Positions 32,570-43,832 of a stretch of DNA of 64,000 nt are shown in pieces (within the stretch, counting starts at the first letter, position 1; the number at the start of each line of letters is the position of its first letter). The stretch spans positions 2,467,867 through 2,531,866 of the forward strand of contig CBDHHL010000056.1 of NCBI GenBank assembly GCA_965263355.1, written 5' to 3'. Both the position numbers and the translations under genes were made by a program. The notes beneath the pieces were generated by a model. The model had not been told where the DNA came from and made no database searches. It worked only from the letters and a program-made list of their open reading frames with translations. This DNA is from Leptolyngbyaceae cyanobacterium. GTDB lineage: Bacteria; Cyanobacteriota; Cyanobacteriia; Phormidesmidales; Phormidesmidaceae.

Positions 32570-35255
32570 CTGGAGTAAGTCATTACGACGATGTGAGCCC
32601 TTACTACCAGGATTACTGGTCAGTGGTATTGTTGTTGCGTTATCCTCACTGGGAACCTTTAAACATCTCGACAATCTTGCGGCTGATTCGTTGACCCGCC
32701 TACGGGGTCCACAGCCATGGAACGAAGATCTAGTTGTCATTGGCATTGACGATCTAACGTTGAGAACGCTAGGGCAGTTTCCCATATCCAGGCAACACTA
32801 TACCGAGCTTATTCAAAAATTAACTGAAGCAGACTCAACATTAATATCTTTTGATATTTTGATGCCTGAGCCAGGACCTGATGATCAGGCGTTGGCTGGA
32901 GCGATGCTAGACCATGGTGGGGTTGTTTTAGCTACAGCCAATGAAACCGATAACAAACCCCTAGAACCCACTGCTCAGTTACGGAAAAATGCGATCGCAA
33001 TCGGGCATATTCACCAAGAACCTGATATTGATGGTATTACTCGCAGCCATGCTCTCTATATTGCTAACAGTCGTTCTCTTGCATCGGCGACCGCCTACGC
33101 CTACAGCCTCACGGCAGATGTTCTGGATTTACCCTCAGAACAAGCACTCAACCTTAATTGGCCAGGTCCTGTCCAGGATGGTTCACTCACCTATGCAAGT
33201 CTTGTAGATGTGCTAGAGGGGAAAATTCCTAAGAGTACCTTTAAAGACAAAATTGTATTTGTTGGTGCTACAGGAACTGCAATTGATCAACAGTTGCGTA
33301 CCCCGTTTAATAGCAACGATCCGGTAGGCGGCGTTTATGTGCATGTAGCAGTCATGCATAATCTCCTAGAAGCGAATCAGCTCAAGGTACTGAAACAGCC
33401 ATGGGCTGTCTTAGGGCTACTAATATCAGCTCCTCTCATCAGTTGGGGGCTAAAGGGTCGCTCTTTTTTACAACAAGTGGGGCTGTGGGGCTGTGGTATT
33501 GTTCTCTGGCTAGCATTGTGTTTGGGTGCACGTTATCAAAACTATGTACTGCCCATAGCAACACCAATTGTACTATTGACCATGATCGAGGGCCTGATCG
33601 TTTTTACTGATCGCCTGCGTAGCAGTGCCATATTACAAGCACGAAATGAGTTTCTGGGTACCATGAGTCATGAATTACGTACTCCCCTGAATGCCATTAT
33701 TGGCATCTCGGAAATGATGCAAGAAACCCATCTTGATCCTAAGCAGAGAGAGTTTAGTGAGACTATTCAAAATAGTAGTCAGGCACTGCTAGCACTGATT
33801 AACGATGTGCTTGATTTTTCTAAAATTGAGGCGGGCAAGCTGGTACTAGAAGAGCATCCTGTCAATCTGCGACACTCCGTGGAGGAGAGTTTAGATATTG
33901 TTGCAACCCGCGCTACCAATAAACCTGTGGAGCTAGTTTATATGGTAGATCCGCATACACCGCCCGTGATTGTGAGCGATCCCATTCGATTACGTCAGAT
34001 TTTGCTTAATTTATTAAGCAATGCGGTGAAATTTACAGAGCAGGGCGAGGTTGCTGTCATTGTGCAGCCAGCTTCCAACGATGATATGGGGGCTCCCATG
34101 ACTCGCTGGAAGCACCCGGCGGAGGAATCTGTGTTGTTACTGTTTGCAGTTCGAGATACGGGCATCGGTATTCCAGAGGATCGCATTGCCCAAATTTTTG
34201 AGCCGTTTTGTCAAGCCAGCATATCAACGACTCGCAAATATGGTGGTACTGGTTTAGGCCTGACCATTAGCAAACGTTTAGCAGAAACTATGGGGGGGCG
34301 TCTGTGGGTTGAAAGTGAAGTGAATAAGGGCAGCATATTTTTCTTCACTATCCGAGCCCTGGTTGATCCAGTTACCGTTCAATCCGAGCAACCTGCTGCG
34401 TTAGCTGGGTGGGCTAATCAACGCATATTGATCATTGATAAAAATACAACTCGTCGTAAAAACCTATACTGGCAGTTAGAAGCCCTAGATATTAGTGTGG
34501 TATTTTGCCGCAGTGTTGCAGAAGCGTTGCTTTTAACCCAGCAAGGTCAACAGTTTGACGGCGTCATTTTAGATGCGGCCATTACCAAAATTGATAGTAT
34601 GAGCGCCATTGAATCGCTAAGGCAGGCAATGGATAAGCCTAAAATGCCCGTGATTTTGATGGCCGACCTTAAGGAAAAGCTAAGCCAAGATGCAAAGCCG
34701 CATATGGCAATTGTTTGGAAACCGATCAAACAAGCCGCTCTCTATCGGGCGCTGATGCAAGTGCATCTAGACTCAGGTCAGTCATCTGCAGCGATTCATA
34801 ATGGGACCTTAAACACTGCAGCAGTAGAGAACCGTCATGGGCTGGAACGAGCCTCTATTGGTTTAAAGGTACTGGTCGCCGATGACAATCCGGTCAACCA
34901 GCGAGTAGCACAGCACATGTTGCAATTACTAGGCCACCAGGCCGACACAGTAGCAACTGGTGGAGCTGCGATCGCAGCCATTGAGCAAAGCACCTATGAT
35001 GTCGTTTTAATGGATATGCGCATGCCACAGATGAGTGGTGTAGAAGCAACCCGTCGCATTCGTCAAATGGGGTCCAAAATCTTCCAACCATGGATTATTG
35101 CGATGACGGCTAATGCCAGTTCTGAAGACCGTGACCATTGCCTTAAAGCAGGGATGAATGACTATTTGAGTAAACCTATCCGTCGTGATAGCCTATCTCG
35201 CACATTGATGAATATCCAGCCTAGGAATTTACCAACTGACTCGAACGCTGTTTAA
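32550..35255 (+). CDS. CHASE2-domain hybrid sensor histidine kinase with two receiver domains
   Basis: CHASE2 (VIGIDD, DIDGITR, GVYVH), SHELRTPLN, NAVKFT, DTGIG, GGTGLGL, DVVLMD. Confidence 0.93.
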   Translation: MSWLFPNWSKSLRRCEPLLPGLLVSGIVVALSSLGTFKHLDNLAADSLTRLRGPQPWNEDLVVIGIDDLTLRTLGQFPISRQHYTELIQKLTEADSTLISFDILMPEPGPDDQALAGAMLDHGGVVLATANETDNKPLEPTAQLRKNAIAIGHIHQEPDIDGITRSHALYIANSRSLASATAYAYSLTADVLDLPSEQALNLNWPGPVQDGSLTYASLVDVLEGKIPKSTFKDKIVFVGATGTAIDQQLRTPFNSNDPVGGVYVHVAVMHNLLEANQLKVLKQPWAVLGLLISAPLISWGLKGRSFLQQVGLWGCGIVLWLALCLGARYQNYVLPIATPIVLLTMIEGLIVFTDRLRSSAILQARNEFLGTMSHELRTPLNAIIGISEMMQETHLDPKQREFSETIQNSSQALLALINDVLDFSKIEAGKLVLEEHPVNLRHSVEESLDIVATRATNKPVELVYMVDPHTPPVIVSDPIRLRQILLNLLSNAVKFTEQGEVAVIVQPASNDDMGAPMTRWKHPAEESVLLLFAVRDTGIGIPEDRIAQIFEPFCQASISTTRKYGGTGLGLTISKRLAETMGGRLWVESEVNKGSIFFFTIRALVDPVTVQSEQPAALAGWANQRILIIDKNTTRRKNLYWQLEALDISVVFCRSVAEALLLTQQGQQFDGVILDAAITKIDSMSAIESLRQAMDKPKMPVILMADLKEKLSQDAKPHMAIVWKPIKQAALYRALMQVHLDSGQSSAAIHNGTLNTAAVENRHGLERASIGLKVLVADDNPVNQRVAQHMLQLLGHQADTVATGGAAIAAIEQSTYDVVLMDMRMPQMSGVEATRRIRQMGSKIFQPWIIAMTANASSEDRDHCLKAGMNDYLSKPIRRDSLSRTLMNIQPRNLPTDSNAV

Positions 35256-35970
35256 TCTTGTGCTGCTCTACGACTGCCTCTGCCTCATTAGCCGGACGTA
35301 TTCGCAATATATTGTGAAAGACGTTGAACTGGTAGACCATGGCATTGTCTATGTCAAATGCCGTTAGCCAGCCACTTTTAGGATGGTAAGCTCCCGTATC
35401 AATATCCATCCAGCCGGGGCCTTTGGCAATTTCTCCGGGTTCAATGCCAGGAAGCGTAAATGTGATGGTATGTCCAGTAATAATCAGCTTATCGGAAAAA
35501 TAAGGTTGTTGGTGACTATGGAAAATATCGCGGATCCAGCAATATTCATGGCTAGTTTGCTCTTCAATAGTGCGCTGCGGATTTAAGCCCGCATGGACCA
35601 GCCAGATATCTCCCAGGTCAAGATATAGCGGTAGATTCTTAATCCAATTAATGTGGTCAAACAGAGTATCAACGCTGGTGTAGCTAGATAACGTCGACTG
35701 CCCACCGCTGTAGAGCCATCCTTGGAAGGCCGGCATGTGGGCCTCACCGTTGGGAAACGCTTCAAGCAATAGCTGTTCATGATTTCCCATCACACATTGA
35801 TAGGCGTTTTTACGAACATAATCTACAACTTGACGACTTTGGGGACCCCGATCAATCAAGTCACCAACAAAGTAAACATCATCTTGGCGATCGAGATCTA
35901 CTGCTTCCAGTAGCTGCATTAGACCGTCATAATGGCCATGAATATCACCAATAAAAATGCGACGGGTCAT
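35221..35970 (-). CDS. metallophosphoesterase (PPP-family Ser/Thr phosphatase)
   Basis: GDIHG, GDLIDRG, GNHE, HAG, GHT, DTG. Confidence 0.92.
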   Translation of the reverse strand: MTRRIFIGDIHGHYDGLMQLLEAVDLDRQDDVYFVGDLIDRGPQSRQVVDYVRKNAYQCVMGNHEQLLLEAFPNGEAHMPAFQGWLYSGGQSTLSSYTSVDTLFDHINWIKNLPLYLDLGDIWLVHAGLNPQRTIEEQTSHEYCWIRDIFHSHQQPYFSDKLIITGHTITFTLPGIEPGEIAKGPGWMDIDTGAYHPKSGWLTAFDIDNAMVYQFNVFHNILRIRPANEAEAVVEQHKIKQRSSQLVNS

Positions 35971-36337
35971 AACAGTTGTTTGCTCGTGATGTGAATAGTA
36001 TTCCTACTGCTCTAGTACGAAAAGGAAATCTATAGCGCAAAAGCAGCGCTATGAACTGACTACCAGATTATGTATTGCTCTAGTATGCCTTTTCCATAGG
36101 TATAGACAACACTTTAATCAGTAGGATTTTCCAATGCTTTAAGTAAGGTTTATAGCAGCAACAGACGCGAATCAATAAAGACAGTTATGTCAAAAAACAG
36201 TGACGAACTTTGGAACGTTTTGAGATGGATACATTAACTGCTAGTCCGTGGGCTAAGTCAATTACCCAACTTAAGGCAGTGTAGTTTCGGATACACTATT
36301 CTAACTGTGATTACTAATTTACAGCAATCGGTGTTGA

Positions 36338-37360
36338 TCAAACATTGACAGGAAGTGGTTTGCCATCAGGAGATTCCAGACTAAAGCCTGCGTCTTGGAC
36401 CATAGCATAGTCCTGGGTAGCACTTTGTCCAGCAGTGGTGAGGTAATCACCGACAAAGATTGAGTTAGCTGGATATAGGGCCAGGGGCTGCTGCGATCGC
36501 AAATGAACCTCCCGACCACCTGCAATCCGAATTTCCTGAGATGGCAATAAAAACCGAAACAGACATAGAATCCTGAGGCAACGTTGGGGGGTAAGTTCGC
36601 TACGGTCTGCAAAGGGAGTCCCCTCAATCGGAATCAAAAAATTCACCGGCACACTGGTCACATTCAGCTCTCGTAAGGATTGCGCCAGGTTAACAATATC
36701 GTCGTCTGATTCCCCCATCCCTAAGATGCCACCAGAGCAGGTAGTCAGACCAGCCGCTTGGACTGCTTTGACAGTAGCCAAGCGATCCTGATATCCATGG
36801 GTCGTACAAATTTCATCGTGGTGGGTTTCAGCCGTATTAAGATTATGATTCACGCGATCCACACCGGCTGCCTTGAGCTGACACGCTTGCTCTTCATTTA
36901 GCAACCCTAGGGTGGTGCACACTCGCATAGGATAATCAGCCTTGACCGCTCGTACGGCCTCTAAAATTTGTTCAAATGTTTGGGTAGATGGCGTCCGGCC
37001 AGAAATTGCCATGCAAAACGTCCCTGCCTTAAGCTGGTGGGCACGGTTAGCTGCAGCCAGAATCCGATCTTTTGCCATCAGTGGATATTTTTCAATCTCT
37101 GCTGACGAAATTTTGGACTGTGAACAGTAGTGACAATCTTCAGGACAGAGACCGCTTTGAGCATTGAGCAAAAAATGTAGCCGGACACGATTACCCCAGT
37201 AGTGATGACGCACCCGATAGGCAGCTGCCAACTGTGCCAAAAGCTCAGTGTCGTCAGCCTGCAGCACTCTCAGGGCATCTTGATGGTCAATGATATGACC
37301 GGCGAGGGCCTGCTCAGCCAGCAGGTTCCAATCAACTGAGGTACGTACAGCTTGAATCAT
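36338..37360 (-). CDS. bioB: biotin synthase
   Basis: [50 protein letters not shown] upstream of ATG 37360. Confidence 0.96.
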   Translation of the reverse strand: MIQAVRTSVDWNLLAEQALAGHIIDHQDALRVLQADDTELLAQLAAAYRVRHHYWGNRVRLHFLLNAQSGLCPEDCHYCSQSKISSAEIEKYPLMAKDRILAAANRAHQLKAGTFCMAISGRTPSTQTFEQILEAVRAVKADYPMRVCTTLGLLNEEQACQLKAAGVDRVNHNLNTAETHHDEICTTHGYQDRLATVKAVQAAGLTTCSGGILGMGESDDDIVNLAQSLRELNVTSVPVNFLIPIEGTPFADRSELTPQRCLRILCLFRFLLPSQEIRIAGGREVHLRSQQPLALYPANSIFVGDYLTTAGQSATQDYAMVQDAGFSLESPDGKPLPVNV

Positions 37361-37473
37361 CCTAAGGGCTCCTTTTGACACTGAGCAGAGATTTACCGTC
37401 CTCTACGGTAATACGATATGGGACGTAGAAGGGAGTCCAGATTGGAAGACAATTCAGACAAAGGTTGTTAACC

Positions 37474-38049
37474 TTAGGCAACTAATTTGTTCGCGATAGT
37501 CACTAAACGTTGACCATAGAGATTAGCTGACTCTAAATCACCCGGCTCTACCTTGGCAGGCGCACCACTCATGTCTAAATCACTTTGCCCCATGGGTCCC
37601 ATAAAAGACCCCAATCGATTGATACCGGTTTCAGGGTTGGGCATCTCTGCACTACCGACCCAGATCATGCCATGTTGAGCAGCATTAATCGCCAAATATA
37701 GTAAAGTCCCTTGTTTGTCGCCGCTAGGGGAACCAGAATGGGTAAAGCCGCCTGCGATCTTATCTTTCCAACCTTGTTGAAACCAGGTAGCGCTAGCCGC
37801 ATCAATAAAGCACTTAAACTGACCAGCGATACCGCCCATATAGGTAGGAGAGCCAAATACGATGCCATCCGCAGCCATTAAGGTCGCTAACATAGCATCA
37901 TCCTGCCAACGACCATTGACGATTTGCTCACCAGTAATACGTAGCAAATGAGGCGTGCCACCAGCGGTCTCGATACCCTTAGCAAGCGCTTCGGCCATTT
38001 GATGTGTGTGACCTTGGCCAGAGAAGTAGACTATTGCAATAGCAACCAT
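37474..38049 (-). CDS. WrbA-like flavodoxin family NAD(P)H oxidoreductase
   Basis: YFSGQGHT, GSPTYMG, KIAGGF..SGDK, QHGMIWVG. Confidence 0.88.
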   Translation of the reverse strand: MVAIAIVYFSGQGHTHQMAEALAKGIETAGGTPHLLRITGEQIVNGRWQDDAMLATLMAADGIVFGSPTYMGGIAGQFKCFIDAASATWFQQGWKDKIAGGFTHSGSPSGDKQGTLLYLAINAAQHGMIWVGSAEMPNPETGINRLGSFMGPMGQSDLDMSGAPAKVEPGDLESANLYGQRLVTIANKLVA

Positions 38050-38163
38050 AATCAGAGCAGAAAAGTAACTATTTCAAATTCTAAGTTCAAAAAAACCGAA
38101 CTACATTTTTTTGATATTAAATTATTCTGATCAAAGTGTTAGTTCAACAACCGCTAAATAATG

Positions 38164-38991
38164 CTAAATAATACGAACATGATCGGCATAGGCTTTACCC
38201 TCGGTAATGTGGGCTGTCACTTCCACAGCCATGCCGCGCTCTAATTGGCAGAACACCTCATGGCCAATGTATTTTTTGTGAAAAATAATATCTTTCGAAC
38301 CATCATCGGGCGCAATATAACCGTGATGGTTGTTCTTCTTAAATTTAAATAATAGTTTCACCACCCCTGTTTTCGTAATTACCTGAGTACTTTCATTTAT
38401 GGTCGCCGGAATTGGCATCGCAATGCGGTTGATCGATGTAATGTTGTCAGGAGAGTTTATAAACGGTAGAGATAACGATATCTTTGTCTGGAGAGGAGGG
38501 ATCTCTCGGCTACGTAGAGTTGTTGCGCATGGGCCAGAATGCTTTAAATCTCTCTCATGGTTTAGAGGAGTAATCTGTTCGTCTTTTGTCTGGGTTGAAC
38601 AACATGCCTCTTGGATGCCAGCAGATCGTAACTGGTTAGGGTTGGCCAACTGATGACTTAGACCTTGTACTGCCGAGCTGGGAGCATACTGATAATTACT
38701 CAACACTACTTGAAAAGTAGAGGGGTTTGCAGCCCGATTAGCCGCTGGATTAGGGGGGCGTTTTTGTAAAGCCGCTCTCTCAGTAGACAGGTCTTCCGAT
38801 TGTTGTTGAATAGGCACAGAAGAGGACGGCAACCGTGTTTGAGGGTGAACGACCGCTCGCTGTTGAGGGGGCGGTGATAGGTTTGGTGGCAATGCTGAAT
38901 GGTGACGGTTCTCTTTATCTGCTTTCAGCCAAGCAAGTTGTTGGCTCAGCCAGTTTAAAGAGTGCTGTATACGTTGCCGGACCATGGGCAT
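38164..38991 (-). CDS. protein with a C-terminal cold-shock (OB-fold) domain
   Basis: TGVVK..HGYIAPDDGSKDIIFH; long low-complexity N-terminus. Confidence 0.75.
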   Translation of the reverse strand: MPMVRQRIQHSLNWLSQQLAWLKADKENRHHSALPPNLSPPPQQRAVVHPQTRLPSSSVPIQQQSEDLSTERAALQKRPPNPAANRAANPSTFQVVLSNYQYAPSSAVQGLSHQLANPNQLRSAGIQEACCSTQTKDEQITPLNHERDLKHSGPCATTLRSREIPPLQTKISLSLPFINSPDNITSINRIAMPIPATINESTQVITKTGVVKLLFKFKKNNHHGYIAPDDGSKDIIFHKKYIGHEVFCQLERGMAVEVTAHITEGKAYADHVRII

Positions 38992-39021
38992 TCAAACAAT
39001 GATTGACAAATCATTCTATCA

Positions 39022-40107
39022 CTAAACTTCTCCCCAACCCGGTTGTAGCGATTTCATAATAGGGTTATAAACTTTAAAGTAGGCAACGGATCCCACCTGT
39101 CGCAATAGCGCTTTTTTGGATGTGTCAGCCCCCATGCAACGTTGACAGATGGGGTTGGTCACTTGCAAACGGTTAAATCCTTGACGGAGACCGCAGGCTG
39201 GCTGCTGGTGATCCAAGATGTCTGTGAGGGAGTGGGTATGCAGGCTGCCTAGGGGAATCTGGCCATCGTAGTCTTTGCAACAGGGGACAACGGTGCCATC
39301 ATACAAAATGCCTGCCTGGTCAGATGTGCCATTGCAGTAGCCAAATTTTGCAGGGATGACCGTCGTGTTTTCCACATTGCCCCAACTATCGAGGGGAAAT
39401 GTCTCTAGGGCCAGCTTTGGGGTTAGTTCAATCACTTGCCAACGACCGGGTTTATGGCGAGCAATCCGTTGACGCAATTCTGCATCACTGGGCCGTTCTG
39501 CACAGCCCTCTAAGAGGCGATCAGCCCAGGCGGTCAGCTCTTGCTGCATCTGGGCTTTACCCTCGACCACATGCATTTGTTTATGGGGGACTAAAAACGG
39601 GTGGGGAGTAGTATCTAAAAATTTAAGATGTACCCGTGTTTTGGATTGGGAAGCGGCCAGGTTAGATTTAACGTATTGAGTAATCCCATCAAAATATTGT
39701 TCAGGTTTAAGCTTTGGGGGAGCACCCCGAATAATAAAGGTAGTAGGATCCGGGGTTTGCAATGAAATGGTCACTTTAGGAATGCCAGAGTCAATCAGCC
39801 GTTGCCGATGGCTGGGACTGATGTGAAAGGTGCTGCCGTTGGTGGTGAGATGTAAGTTCAGCCCTCGTTCTAAGGCCATATCAATGGCTTGAAAGATATG
39901 GGGATAGATTAAGGGCTCTCCCATCAGATGAAAGGCGACGATCTTCGCTAAATTACGCTCGGCGATTTGATCAAGGGCATTTTCCAACAGTGCTAGCTCC
40001 ATATGGCCACGCTTACGTTCCATAATGGCGTCTGGGCAAAAATCGCACTTGAAGTTACAAACATTGGTGACTTCGAGGTGGATACGCTCAAGACGGTAGC
40101 TGACCAT
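39022..40107 (-). CDS. radical SAM/SPASM-domain protein
   Basis: CNFKCDFC, GEP, TTNG, DGTVVPCC, CQRC. Confidence 0.9.
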   Translation of the reverse strand: MVSYRLERIHLEVTNVCNFKCDFCPDAIMERKRGHMELALLENALDQIAERNLAKIVAFHLMGEPLIYPHIFQAIDMALERGLNLHLTTNGSTFHISPSHRQRLIDSGIPKVTISLQTPDPTTFIIRGAPPKLKPEQYFDGITQYVKSNLAASQSKTRVHLKFLDTTPHPFLVPHKQMHVVEGKAQMQQELTAWADRLLEGCAERPSDAELRQRIARHKPGRWQVIELTPKLALETFPLDSWGNVENTTVIPAKFGYCNGTSDQAGILYDGTVVPCCKDYDGQIPLGSLHTHSLTDILDHQQPACGLRQGFNRLQVTNPICQRCMGADTSKKALLRQVGSVAYFKVYNPIMKSLQPGWGEV

Positions 40108-40412
40108 TGTAATCTCAGTAACTATAAGGTCGTTTCAGCTTAGCAAGGGCGGGTGAATGCCAGCTGAGAATTTTGTCGGGATATAAACCAGGTTGCCCTC
40201 AGTCCGGGTATCAACTTAAACCGGGAAATCTCGACTAGTGCTCTGTCAAGACTAAAAATTAGGGTAGGTGATCTCTGAAAGTCTTACACAGGAGCATTTT
40301 CAAAAGGGGTTTACCCTAAAATTAAGCTTTGACGCTGCACTAGGACTGAATTCAAAAGTCAGAATAAGTCCTCTGGACGACCTAACAGTACGGAAGTCAG
40401 AAGGGGGTGCGT

Positions 40413-40447
40413 TCCAAACTCCGAACTCCGAACTCCGCATTCCGAAC
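40413..40447 (+). repeat. STRR-type heptamer tandem repeat (TCCGAAC)x5, degenerate
   Basis: tccaaac tccgaac tccgaac tccgcat tccgaac. Confidence 0.8.
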
Positions 40448-40544
40448 TCATATCCCTAGAGATTAAGCTTTTTAGGAGAGTACTCCACCTGCTTGAAAGT
40501 TGGTTCTAGCCTGAGAAGTAATCTTTCTACGCTCAGGTAAAATT

Positions 40545-40763
40545 ATGACCGTATCGACATCTATTGACGAGTTGCATGCACTTTCAGAAGCAGATCGGAT
40601 TGATTTGCTTAAGGGCTATGCGGAGCAAGATGCTATTTTTGGTAGCCCTAATCCTCGCTATAAGCAATGTAAGGTGTATTGCGATCGCTACCTAGATATT
40701 CGCATCCAGCTAGTCGGTACCGATGGCTTAAACGACGCCGACTGGGATTTAACCATTTTCTAG
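40545..40763 (+). CDS. small conserved hypothetical protein
   Basis: 72-aa ORF with ATG and an RBS-like AGGT. Confidence 0.65.
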   Translation: MTVSTSIDELHALSEADRIDLLKGYAEQDAIFGSPNPRYKQCKVYCDRYLDIRIQLVGTDGLNDADWDLTIF

Positions 40764-40773
40764 AAATAACACT

Positions 40774-41325
40774 ATGAACACAAGTACGGCGGTTTTAGAA
40801 CGGGCAACTCAGCGTGATGGACGACCCAATGCCAACGATCTGGTGACAGCGTTACAAGCTGTTGAAAAAAGTCCTAAAACCGCGTACACATTTAACAATC
40901 TCATAGGTACCTGGCGTCTGTGCTTTATTACAGGCACCAAAAAAACGCGCCAAAAAGCAGGCGTGGCCCTAGGTGCGGGGCGATATTTGCCGAAGATCAT
41001 CAACATTCAACTGACGTATCAGACCGTTGACGATCATGGCTCGGTCGAAAATTCCGTGGCGTTGGGAGCGCTGAAACTTGCCTTAACAGGCCCTGTCAAA
41101 TTTTGGCCTAAAACCAGGTGTTTAGCCTTTGATTTTACGCAAATGCACATCACCCTAGGGCGGCTGACTCTTTACCGAGGACGCATAAAGCCAGAGGTAG
41201 CGGAGCAAGACTTTTACCAGCAGCCCCTCAAGGAGCAGGCGTTTTTCAAATACTTTTGGGTAACGAATCAGGGCATTGCTGCCCGTGGACGAGGCGGTGG
41301 CTTAGCCCTGTGGTATCGGGACTAA
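40774..41325 (+). CDS. PAP/fibrillin-like hypothetical protein
   Basis: LIGTWRLCF, FDF and ARGRGGGLALW motifs. Confidence 0.7.
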   Translation: MNTSTAVLERATQRDGRPNANDLVTALQAVEKSPKTAYTFNNLIGTWRLCFITGTKKTRQKAGVALGAGRYLPKIINIQLTYQTVDDHGSVENSVALGALKLALTGPVKFWPKTRCLAFDFTQMHITLGRLTLYRGRIKPEVAEQDFYQQPLKEQAFFKYFWVTNQGIAARGRGGGLALWYRD

Positions 41326-41332
41326 ACAAAAA

Positions 41333-41364
41333 AGAAACCGGACTTTTCAAAAAGCCCGGTTTCT
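41333..41364. terminator. hairpin between convergent genes (bidirectional terminator or REP-like)
   Basis: AGAAACCGGACTTTT-CA-AAAAGCCCGGTTTCT inverted repeat. Confidence 0.65.
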
Positions 41365-41402
41365 GTGGTTTCTTTAGCAAGCTTTTTCAAAAAGCTCAGT
41401 TT

Positions 41403-42491
41403 CTAGCGAACAACTCCACGAGCTGCTGCCATATCGATGGGCTTCATAAAGTACAGCTGCACCATTTTCACACCAATTGTGGCAATGTGAGGTAGCTGAC
41501 GCAGTAGCTTCAGAGGCTTAGGCTGATCGCTCTTACCAATGGCAGAAACCTGCAAGCTCGCATCAGAGGCCGTATCCATATGCTTAAAGAAGTCAGGATG
41601 CTCCACATTCAGCTTCACAGGAAATACCTTAGCCGCCGAGTCGTTGGTTTTCTTGATGACATGAATGTCATACTCACGGGCATCTAACCCAATAGACGCA
41701 TAGAAACCACTGCGCTGAATGTCATTCAGGAACATCGTGGCAAATACCGACAGTAGAAAGAAACGGCACCAAAGCTTAGCCTTCCAGTCATTGAGGAACT
41801 GAGGCTGAGACTTCATGATGGCGGAGAAAAAGTCACCGTGACGATTCTCATCCTGACACCAGTTCTCAAAAAACTGGAAAATAGGATAAATCCGGTTTTC
41901 TGGATGGGAATCAAGGTGACGGAAAATAGTGATATAGCGCCAGTAGCCAATCTTCTCAGACAGATAGGTGGCGTAGAAGATGAATTTGGGCTTAAAGAAG
42001 GTGTAGCTCTTGCTCTTAGTCAAAAAGCCAAGGTCCAACTGTAGGTTAAAGTCAGACATGGCCTTATTCAAAAAGCCTGCATGACGGGCTTCGTCACGGG
42101 ACATCAGGGTAAAACCTTCAGCTAGAAGGGGGTTTGTGTCCTTGAGGCGACGACCAAGTTCTTTATAAAGCAAGAATCCAGAAAATTCAGCGGTGCAAGA
42201 ACGCTCTAGAAACTCAATAAACAGTTCTCGGGTTTTACCATCAATGTGATCCCAAGACTGGTCAAACACATCGGTCCGTACGAAGTGGTGGCGGTTATAG
42301 TCAGCACGAAACTCTTCGATGATGGCGCGTACCTCATCTTCATTGACGGACATGTCCATCGCGGCCATTTCGTCAAAGTCAGTGGTATAGAAGCGGGGGG
42401 TGAGGAGCGTATCCTTCGAAGGTGCCTTAACCCCAGGCCGTAGCTCGTCAAATTGAGTATTTTCCTGAGGTTTCTTTAGGGAATCTACCAT
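41403..42491 (-). CDS. acsF: Mg-protoporphyrin IX monomethyl ester oxidative cyclase
   Basis: [41 protein letters not shown] di-iron motifs. Confidence 0.97.
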   Translation of the reverse strand: MVDSLKKPQENTQFDELRPGVKAPSKDTLLTPRFYTTDFDEMAAMDMSVNEDEVRAIIEEFRADYNRHHFVRTDVFDQSWDHIDGKTRELFIEFLERSCTAEFSGFLLYKELGRRLKDTNPLLAEGFTLMSRDEARHAGFLNKAMSDFNLQLDLGFLTKSKSYTFFKPKFIFYATYLSEKIGYWRYITIFRHLDSHPENRIYPIFQFFENWCQDENRHGDFFSAIMKSQPQFLNDWKAKLWCRFFLLSVFATMFLNDIQRSGFYASIGLDAREYDIHVIKKTNDSAAKVFPVKLNVEHPDFFKHMDTASDASLQVSAIGKSDQPKPLKLLRQLPHIATIGVKMVQLYFMKPIDMAAARGVVR

Positions 42492-42668
42492 GAGTCCTCT
42501 ATCAAGATATTTATGGTCAACGCGCTATGAAACCGCATTAATAGTTCGTGCTACTAGTAAATCTACAGACCACTAGCAACATACGTGGCTCTTAGTTTAC
42601 CAAGGTCATTGACTTCGAGCAGCCTGAAGGTAACGAATAGGTTACATTTCGCAATATTTTCGCCAGCC

Positions 42669-43826
42669 CTACAGCCGCTCCCATGGATATGGCGTTCCAG
42701 ATCTAGCGCGCTGCCACAGAGGGCTCAAAATCCAAATTAAGATAAACGGCAGTAGGGCAAACCACAGCGTTTGATAGTTAAACAGGTCAAATAGGCCAAA
42801 GAGCTGTCGGGGAATCGGAGTGGTATTCCAGAATGCACCAACAGCTATGGCTAAGCCCATGGAACCTGTACTCAAGCCCATGGAAGACAGTTTTTTCAAC
42901 CCCGTGAGTCTTAAAAATTTGGGATAAAACCGCTCATAGAGAGTTTGCCAATCGGGAAACGCAGCATATAGGCTCAGCACCGATATAAAGGGAATGCCCA
43001 ACAGCAGCGTGTTAGCACTGTGAAAGATGGGGGTTATCCTTAAAATTATGGCTTGGGCCATACGGCTAAAAAGGGTTAGAACAAATACCCCTTCAAACAG
43101 TAAAACGCCATACTGGGTTGGAATCGCTAAGAGATCAGTGCGACCTAGCTGAGGACCAAGGGAATGGATCGGAAACCCATTTTTGAGATGACTCTCTACT
43201 CCTTTAGTGAGAACAAAATCACCCACAAAGTGAGGATTGGCTAGCCAATCTACCTGAATACACTTTGTTATGGTTGCCGATAAAAACAAGAGAGAGATAA
43301 TCACCAACAGCCCCCGAGCGGGCCAAATGTAACGCCAGGAAGACACTTTAGGATCAACAGTAGGCCTGCCTTGTTTTTGTCTCAGTAATGCATCGATTGA
43401 ATAGGTGGCCCCCCAGTTAGACAACAGCATAAACAAGGGGACATAAAATGTTGTGACTAGTATGGTGCGTTCTTGGGTAAGCAGTCCGGTACGGAAAATA
43501 GCTAACCCAAATCCCATAAGCAATGTGGTCAGGGTTGCTAGCCGAGTTTTGTACCCTATCAGTAACAAGACTAATGCCATTACCAAGAGAATTTCCATGG
43601 TGGGGTAGGCAATACTGGGCAGGGGTGATACGCCTCTAAATAGTATGGTTGGCTCCCACAGACTAGTTGGCACCATACTCAGTTCACTAAACTGCATATG
43701 ACTGAGAAACCACAGATAGAAAAGACTGTACACAATGCGATAAAGCCCCATGCGACCGGCAGCATTTTGGGCCGGTCTTGTCAGCCAATGAACATAGCAG
43801 TGCTCAACACGCTGAAAAAAGTTCAT
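42669..43826 (-). CDS. HTTM-like multi-TM membrane protein (copy A)
   Basis: GLYRI, LLIGYKTR, YSIDA; paralog of 55418-56578. Confidence 0.75.
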   Translation of the reverse strand: MNFFQRVEHCYVHWLTRPAQNAAGRMGLYRIVYSLFYLWFLSHMQFSELSMVPTSLWEPTILFRGVSPLPSIAYPTMEILLVMALVLLLIGYKTRLATLTTLLMGFGLAIFRTGLLTQERTILVTTFYVPLFMLLSNWGATYSIDALLRQKQGRPTVDPKVSSWRYIWPARGLLVIISLLFLSATITKCIQVDWLANPHFVGDFVLTKGVESHLKNGFPIHSLGPQLGRTDLLAIPTQYGVLLFEGVFVLTLFSRMAQAIILRITPIFHSANTLLLGIPFISVLSLYAAFPDWQTLYERFYPKFLRLTGLKKLSSMGLSTGSMGLAIAVGAFWNTTPIPRQLFGLFDLFNYQTLWFALLPFILIWILSPLWQRARSGTPYPWERL

Positions 43827-43832
43827 AGGCGG

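Noticed and set aside
40165..40460. MITE or ORF between the radical SAM gene and the small gene
   Set aside because: Contains imperfect inverted repeats and heptamer repeats, but I could not define TIRs or a target duplication; the 63-aa ORF just translates the repeat.
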